Of a stretch of DNA of 64,000 nucleotides, positions 58,112 to 64,000 are shown piece by piece. The stretch lies in the NCBI GenBank assembly GCA_902491535.1, contig CABUHS010000010.1:6541-70540 (forward strand), given 5' to 3'. The notes under the pieces are model-generated. The model worked only from the letters and a program-made list of their open reading frames with translations, did no database searches and was not told the origin of the DNA. Positions within the stretch are counted from its first letter, which is position 1. Each line of letters begins with the position of its first letter. A program made the position numbers and the translations under genes. The DNA is from an uncultured Eubacteriales bacterium. GTDB taxonomy: Bacteria > Bacillota > Clostridia > Oscillospirales > CAG-272.

Positions 58112-59902
58112 ATGTATTATGATGTAGTAATTATTGATAGTGGAATTAATGTGAGCAATGATTTTAACATGAATGGAATTTGTATAGAAAAAAATAGTGA
58201 AGGTTTTTTGATTGATAATAATTTGAAGGATGAATTCGGACATGGAACTATTATTTACTCTATAATAAGTAAATGTATAGATCCAAGCAAAATTTACATT
58301 ATTAAACTACCTGCCAATCGCGTAGAGCTTGACGATTCTTGTTTAATTGCTGCATTGGAATATATAAAAAAGAATATTAAATGTAAAATTATTAACATTA
58401 GTTTAGGTGTAAAAAGTGGTGAAAATATAGATAAATTATATAATATATGTGCCGAAATATCAGCAATGGGGATCGTAATAGTTTCTGCTTTTGATAATGA
58501 AGGGTGTCATTCATATCCAGCTGCGTTTGATTGTGTAATTGGAGTTGATAATAAATATGATTTTAAAATTTCTACAGAATTTGATTTTGTAGAAAATAGT
58601 CCCGTAAATATCTTAGCAAAAGGAGATATACAACGTCTAACCGTTCAAGATGGCAAAATACTATTAGTCGGCGGAGCGAGTATATCGTGCGCACATATAA
58701 CTTCTATTTTAACTAAAAAAATAATTGGTAATTTAAATCTTCAAGGCGCGTTGTCATATTTAAAGTCAAAATCTAGGCATATTTATTCTTCTCATAAATT
58801 AGAGGGCGTTATAGAAACACCTCTTTTTAAGATTACAAATGCAGCGGTCTTTCCGTTTACAAAAGAGGCGCATGCATTTGTTAGATTTGCTGATATGTTG
58901 AAATTTAATATACAGTGCTATTATGATATTAAGCGTTCTGGAAAAGTAGGAAGAAAGATATCTAGTTATTATGAAGGTGTAAAGACTGAAGAATGTATTA
59001 AAGATATTAATAAAATTGATTTTTCGAATATAGACACTATTATACTTGGACACTTGGATGAATTAAATGCAGTTTCTAAACGAGATTACAAGATGGAATT
59101 AATAAGAAATGCTATTGTGAATGGTGTTAACGTTTATTCATTTGATCCTCTGGATTCGTATAGTGAGATACTAAACAATTCAGGAATAAAATATTATTAT
59201 CCAAGTGTAACAAATAACAATATACCGAAAAATACATTTGGAAAGTTATATAAAATTTCCAAACCAGTTGTTGGTATTTTTGGGACATCGTCACGACAGG
59301 GAAAATTTTCTCTGCAATTAACATTAAAGAGAGAATTGGAATCACATGGTTACGATGTAGGAACAGTTGGCACAGAGCCGCATTCGCCATTGTTCGATTT
59401 TGATGTTGTTTTTCCAATGGGATATAATTCTACTGTACGCTTGTATAATAACGAAATTGTATTATATTTGAATAATGAAATTAACAAATTATGTTTGAAT
59501 GGTAAGGAAATTATATTAGCTTCTACACAAGCACAAATTATACCTTATTATTGTAATAATTTGCTTGAATATCCGTCAATGCAATACCATTTTGCATTAG
59601 GAATAAATCCGGATGCAATAGTAATGTGCATTAACTATCATGATGAAATACAATATATTAAAAACTCTATATATGCGCTGATGGGATTAACGGATGCGAA
59701 TGTAATTGCATTTGTAATATATCCGATAACATACTCTAGTGATTGGAATGGAATATATGGTAACACAAAACATAAAATAACATATGAAGAATACAAACAG
59801 AAAGCAGACTCTTTGCTAAAAGAATTTCAAATTCCGGTTTATATGTTAGGTGATAAAGAACACATAAATGAATTGTATCAAACAATAATTAATTTCTTTT
59901 AA
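58112..59902 (+). CDS. Fusion protein: N-terminal subtilisin-like (S8) serine peptidase domain plus a roughly 370-aa C-terminal domain of unknown function (DUF1611-like by motif)
   Basis: The Asp-His-Ser triad order is VVIIDSGIN, GHGTIIYS, GGASISCAHITS. The C-terminal GIFGTSSRQGKFSLQLTLKRELESHGYDVGTVGTEPHS resembles the Gly-rich GTD..GK..T loop of DUF1611-type proteins (from memory). Confidence 0.7.
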   Translation: MYYDVVIIDSGINVSNDFNMNGICIEKNSEGFLIDNNLKDEFGHGTIIYSIISKCIDPSKIYIIKLPANRVELDDSCLIAALEYIKKNIKCKIINISLGVKSGENIDKLYNICAEISAMGIVIVSAFDNEGCHSYPAAFDCVIGVDNKYDFKISTEFDFVENSPVNILAKGDIQRLTVQDGKILLVGGASISCAHITSILTKKIIGNLNLQGALSYLKSKSRHIYSSHKLEGVIETPLFKITNAAVFPFTKEAHAFVRFADMLKFNIQCYYDIKRSGKVGRKISSYYEGVKTEECIKDINKIDFSNIDTIILGHLDELNAVSKRDYKMELIRNAIVNGVNVYSFDPLDSYSEILNNSGIKYYYPSVTNNNIPKNTFGKLYKISKPVVGIFGTSSRQGKFSLQLTLKRELESHGYDVGTVGTEPHSPLFDFDVVFPMGYNSTVRLYNNEIVLYLNNEINKLCLNGKEIILASTQAQIIPYYCNNLLEYPSMQYHFALGINPDAIVMCINYHDEIQYIKNSIYALMGLTDANVIAFVIYPITYSSDWNGIYGNTKHKITYEEYKQKADSLLKEFQIPVYMLGDKEHINELYQTIINFF

Positions 59903-59947
59903 ATATTTGCTGATAATAAGGAATGGTAAAAAGGAGATTATATTAAT

Positions 59948-60352
59948 ATGGAAGAAAAAATTAAACTTTTGTCAATAGGAAAAAAAAGGGCAAAAAAGAC
60001 GAATTTAGAGGGATGGGCGAAAATTGTAGAAAGATACGCTCCGGATATGTATGATTTGTTGTATGGAGCTGGGGAGAAGGATGCATTAAAAAAAGTTCGC
60101 GAACTCAGACCTGAGATAATATTGATATTGCCAAGTATATTGCAAAATGACTTAAAAGATGGTTTGAGTTTATTAAAAAAAATAAAGGAACTGCATCCTG
60201 AAGCAGCTGTATTTGTATGTATGGGTATGGTGGATGATGAGCAGGATGCGTTTGACGAATATAAAGCTTGTGGTGCATATAAATGCTATTCAGCACCTGT
60301 AAGTATGGATGCATTATTTCATGATATGTATGTAGCATTAAATTTGGAATGA
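59948..60352 (+). CDS. Stand-alone receiver-like (CheY-fold) protein with a degenerate phospho-acceptor site
   Basis: 134 aa. A REC-like pattern (KVRELRPEIILILPS...GLSLLKKIKELHPEAAVFVCMG...GAYKCYSAPVSMDAL) is present. However, the acidic pocket, the acceptor Asp and the conserved Lys appear replaced. Confidence 0.5.
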   Translation: MEEKIKLLSIGKKRAKKTNLEGWAKIVERYAPDMYDLLYGAGEKDALKKVRELRPEIILILPSILQNDLKDGLSLLKKIKELHPEAAVFVCMGMVDDEQDAFDEYKACGAYKCYSAPVSMDALFHDMYVALNLE

Positions 60353-60378
60353 TTAAACATGGGAGGACAATAGAAACC

Positions 60379-62164
60379 ATGAAAAGAGTAAAAAACATAC
60401 AGTTAGACAATTTGTTACTTTCCTTTAAAGAAATATGGAATTATGATAAGAGACTTATATTTCTTTTACTTGCTGATGTTTTTATAAGTGCGATACGACC
60501 GTTTCCCAACATTATTCTTTCTGGACGTATTGTTGATAGTATCGCTTATGGAAAGAATTTTTTGTCGGTTATCTTTTATATGGTTTTGATGTTTGGTATA
60601 AATTACTTTATAACAGCCATAGGTACTTTTTTGTCAAGATATAGAGAATATTTATTTATTAAGTTAAGTAACAAATTGGATAATGATGTAAATGAAAAAT
60701 GTTGATTTTGAACAGTTTAACGATTCTTCCGTTCAAGATCGTATCATGATGGTTAACCAAGCAATACGTGGAAATAATTTTTTTACTAGCCTTACTATCG
60801 TTTTTTCTACAATTTCTCAATTTGTAACCCTTATTGGAATAGTATATGTAATGACAATTTTAAATATATGGTTGTTAGCTATTGCGTTGATAGTTATTGT
60901 TTTACAGACAATATTGCATTATATGAACCTTAGGTATGATAGAAAGTATATGGAAGATTCTGTGAGCGAACGCAGGAAAATTGCTTATGTATCACAATTA
61001 ATTAAGGATATACAAAGTAAAAAAGATATTGTAATGTTTGGGATGGGTGATTACATATTAAAAAAAATCAAATCTTTTCAACAGACAATGCTAATATTCG
61101 ATAAGCGCCGAATACGGTGGGGTGGATTTATTGAGATGACTACTTATTCTTTAAACGTAGCCTTTCAAATTTTTGCTTATATATTGATTGGAATTAACGC
61201 TTTTAATAAAGATATTTCTATTGGTGATTTTACAATTGGTATTGCTTCTTTGATGAATTTTATGTCTGCATCTTCCTTTGTAACTAATAACATACTTACC
61301 TTTAACGATAATTTTTTTTATATTAGGCAGTATAAATCCTTTAATAAGCTCAGAAGCAAGTTTGATAAATCATCTTCTAATATTACGTTAAACAGCATAG
61401 ATAAAAACAAAATTGAAATAGAGTTTCGCAATGTTTCTTTTCGATATCCTAATAGTACTGCATTCGTATTAAAAAATATAAATTTGACAATAAAGAATAA
61501 TGAACGTCTTGGGATTGTGGGATATAATGGCGCAGGCAAGACAACATTCACTCTTTTGTTAACTCGTATGTACGATCCTACAGAAGGATCGATATATTTG
61601 AATGGCATAGATATTAGAAATATTGATTATAAAGAATACCAAAAGATTATTTCATCGGTTAATCAGGACTTTTCTCTTTTGGCTTTTTCTTTGTTGGAAA
61701 ATATCGCTATTACAGATATAGCATCTCAAGATGAAAGAAAAAAAGTATTGGGACTTTTAAATGATAATGGTTTACAAGAAAGAATGAGGAAGCTTTATAG
61801 AGGACTTGATACGCCGATTACAAAGACGTTGTCTGCATCAGGTGTTGATTTATCAGGGGGAGAACGTCAAAAAATCGCGGTAGTACGCGCACTTTATAAG
61901 GATTCTCCAATTCTGATACTAGATGAGCCTACATCGGCACTTGATCCAGTTGCTGAACACGAAATATTTCAGAAATTTTCAGAAATGTCCGAAGGAAAAA
62001 CAACTCTTCTTATCTCTCATAGAATATATAGCACTCGTTTTTGTGATAAAATTGCAGTTTTTGATAAGGGTGAGATAAAAGAATATGGAACGTTCGAAGA
62101 GCTAATGGGATTGAAAGGCTTATATTATGAGTTCTTTCAACAACAAGCGGAATACTTTAAATAA
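60379..62164 (+). CDS. ABC exporter, fused permease/ATPase; reading frame broken by a 1-nt shift in an A5 run (60695-60699)
   Basis: ORF 60349-60705 carries TM helices 1-2. ORF 60692-62164 carries the rest of the TMD and the NBD, with Walker A GYNGAGKTT, signature LSGGERQ and Walker B ILILDEPTS. The two ORFs are contiguous parts of one exporter. An RBS (GGGAGGA) precedes ATG 60379. Confidence 0.8.
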
Positions 62165-62375
62165 TAATAATTAGAATTTAATTTGTTAATGCAATACTGC
62201 AATATATAAACATATGACCGTCATTGCAAGAAATGAATAGTAAAGAGTAAATATTATTATCAGAATTAAGTTTATAATATTATATTTCAATGAATGGTTT
62301 AAATATTGTGTTGGTTGGTAAATACATTATAAAAATTAATTGCTTTTAAGCGGGCGGAAAGGTGTTATAATACTT

Positions 62376-63401
62376 ATGAATAAGATACTTCCTATTGAAA
62401 TATCTCCAATTATCAAAGCATATGTTAATCACGCATATCCGTTTGGAATTATAGAAGCAAATTTCAGTGAGCAGATTTTATTACGCTTGTTATGTGATAA
62501 ATATGTAAATTGTATATATAGCAAAAATGATAGAAATAAATTTTATATATATGAAGCCGATAGTTGGTTTGAACAATCGGGTGCAATAACGCATCAAAAC
62601 CTTATGTGTAAAGAAAAAGATATAGTATGTGTACGTGAAGCTATTGAGGAAGCACGTCGAAGAATTGTTAAAGGAGAATATGTTTATTCTTCTCCTAATG
62701 AAGGAAAAATATCCGCAATTAGTCAGGGACGAATATATGATTTTGATCACGAATGTTTGATATATGGATTTAATGATGATGAAAGATTTTATCAATCTAT
62801 TGGATATATAAGACCACCAGAATATGTAAATTATTATACCCCATATAAAATTACATATGATGAATATGAAGAAGCCTTGTTAAATGTTCAAATCGGTGTA
62901 GTAGAGTTGTTATTTTACAAAGTAAATAAAGATTTTGTATTACCGAGCATTGATTTGGAAAATGTTTTAATGTTGTTTAGACAATACCTTGACTCTGATA
63001 TTCCAAAGTTTTCAACCAACTATGACTTGCGTGGAATTATTGATGCCGGAGAATTGAAATTTGGTATATCTGCATGGAACGAACTCGCTATGTATATTGA
63101 ATACATTGATGTTGATAAAAAAATTGATATGCGGTATGTCAGAAGTTATATGGAACATAAATATTTAATGAAGAAGCGAATTTTATATATTTTAGAGTAT
63201 TTGAGTATTTTCAATTCATCTATAATCGAAAAGGTTTCTAAAATTTATCGTGAATCGCAAGATATAATGTTGCTTTCGTTAAAATATAATTTTACAGGAA
63301 GTAATATATTATTGAAACGTATTTCCGATAAAATCAAAATAAATAATATGAATGAAGTTGAATACTTATCGAAAGTAATCGATTATATAATCGCTTTTTA
63401 A
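62376..63401 (+). CDS. Hypothetical protein (341 aa), last gene of the cluster
   Basis: It is an AT-rich ORF with no recognisable motif, no TM segment and no signal peptide. The start was chosen at MNKILPIE; the longest ORF starts at 62340 (TTG). Confidence 0.5.
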   Translation: MNKILPIEISPIIKAYVNHAYPFGIIEANFSEQILLRLLCDKYVNCIYSKNDRNKFYIYEADSWFEQSGAITHQNLMCKEKDIVCVREAIEEARRRIVKGEYVYSSPNEGKISAISQGRIYDFDHECLIYGFNDDERFYQSIGYIRPPEYVNYYTPYKITYDEYEEALLNVQIGVVELLFYKVNKDFVLPSIDLENVLMLFRQYLDSDIPKFSTNYDLRGIIDAGELKFGISAWNELAMYIEYIDVDKKIDMRYVRSYMEHKYLMKKRILYILEYLSIFNSSIIEKVSKIYRESQDIMLLSLKYNFTGSNILLKRISDKIKINNMNEVEYLSKVIDYIIAF

Positions 63402-63415
63402 ATGTTTGAATATTT

Positions 63416-63844
63416 TTATAACCCTGTGCAGAGAAAATCCTCGATAATATCGTACATATGAATTGTGTTGATATTAAGGAGGTTACACAGAGCGGTAAGA
63501 TTTTGAACTGCTGTAAAGTTTACGCTTATATCTTCAAAAAATATTCCGTCTCCCTTAATGCCATAGCCGATATACTTGATTCCGTCAAGTGTGTAAGTTT
63601 CGTTATGCACCGAATAAATTTCAGGATTAAGCATATATTCAATCTCAGACAAAGTTGTTCCGTATTTTTCCCACAAAATCATAGCAGTACTCAGTTTGAT
63701 ATCGGATTTTCCGGACTCGATATTTCGTATTTGACGATCGCTGTATTCTATTGATTCAGCAACTTCCTCCTGCGTCAGTCGGTTCAGTGTTCTTAATTTC
63801 TGCATAAGTTTTCCGTAGTCAGCTGACTTTTCATGTTTTTTCAT
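63416..63844 (-). CDS. XRE-family HTH transcriptional regulator
   Basis: 142 aa with HTH LTQEEVAESIEYSDRQIRNIESG and a C-terminal domain of unknown function. It converges on the cluster end. Confidence 0.8.
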   Translation of the reverse strand: MKKHEKSADYGKLMQKLRTLNRLTQEEVAESIEYSDRQIRNIESGKSDIKLSTAMILWEKYGTTLSEIEYMLNPEIYSVHNETYTLDGIKYIGYGIKGDGIFFEDISVNFTAVQNLTALCNLLNINTIHMYDIIEDFLCTGL

Positions 63845-64000
63845 ATTCTTGATAGAGTATCTTGTTGGTGTTGTGCCAACAAAAACCTGAAGGAATTAAA
63901 AAATATCTATTTGTACTTGCCTGCTTACTGGGAAAAATTAAAGGAACTTCAATCTAAAACAGACAGACCTATGAAACAGAGCGGGTCTGTTTTTGATTTA

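Larger units (their letters stand above)
54643..63401. mobile_element. AT-rich genomic island carrying the RiPP-type cluster (right boundary uncertain, may extend beyond the window)
   Basis: Composition drops abruptly to very AT-rich exactly at the break in the tRNA fragment and stays so through 63.4 kb. This was judged by eye and not computed. Confidence 0.5.

Noticed and set aside
60349-62164. Treating 60349-60705 and 60692-62164 as two separate genes
   Set aside because: The first ORF has only the first two TM helices of an ABC exporter TMD, and the second starts mid-domain. They overlap at a single A-run, so one frameshifted gene is the simpler reading.

Overview
The window looks like a low-G+C Gram-positive anaerobe with Clostridia-type gene content. 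A dockerin-bearing secreted protein suggests a cellulosome-producing, Ruminococcus-like organism, but that is inference only.

Positions 1-39 kb are ordinary chromosome:
- an amidase fragment, rqcH, valS and a Cof-type HAD phosphatase;
- a hexuronate/KDG operon (uxuA, uxuB-like, eda, kdgK), with a purine nucleoside phosphorylase, a CE15-like esterase, an MtlD-like dehydrogenase and an ACP-like protein next to it;
- a roughly 4-kb multi-module dockerin protein;
- pyrR-pyrP with a PyrR-type attenuator;
- an aldose epimerase, a second amidase and comEC;
- a polyamine operon (speA-speE-speB, carboxyspermidine dehydrogenase, nspC) preceded by a long structured leader;
- a MATE pump, a YyaL-like protein and an FAD oxidoreductase.

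Positions 39-64 kb are mosaic accessory DNA:
- an HTH-TPR regulator, a truncated HTH remnant and an HExxH protein;
- a large serine recombinase;
- a tightly packed six-gene type I (IC-like) R-M operon carrying two embedded ORFans;
- an iteron-like repeat field, a tyrosine recombinase and a displaced tRNA-Leu 3' fragment;
- a sharply AT-rich island encoding a RiPP-type cluster: radical-SAM/SPASM maturase, ACP-like protein, S8 protease fusion, pseudo-receiver and ABC exporter. It includes a 44-codon Cys-containing precursor ORF that is absent from the ORF track.

The best candidates for novelty are:
1. the RiPP island;
2. the two unknown genes embedded in the R-M operon;
3. the structured leader upstream of the polyamine operon;
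4. a 136-nt hairpin-rich repeat family found upstream of two genes.

Three genes are interrupted by 1-nt shifts inside A-runs. This may be homopolymer sequencing error rather than real decay. All homology calls come from reading motifs in the translations; no database search was run.
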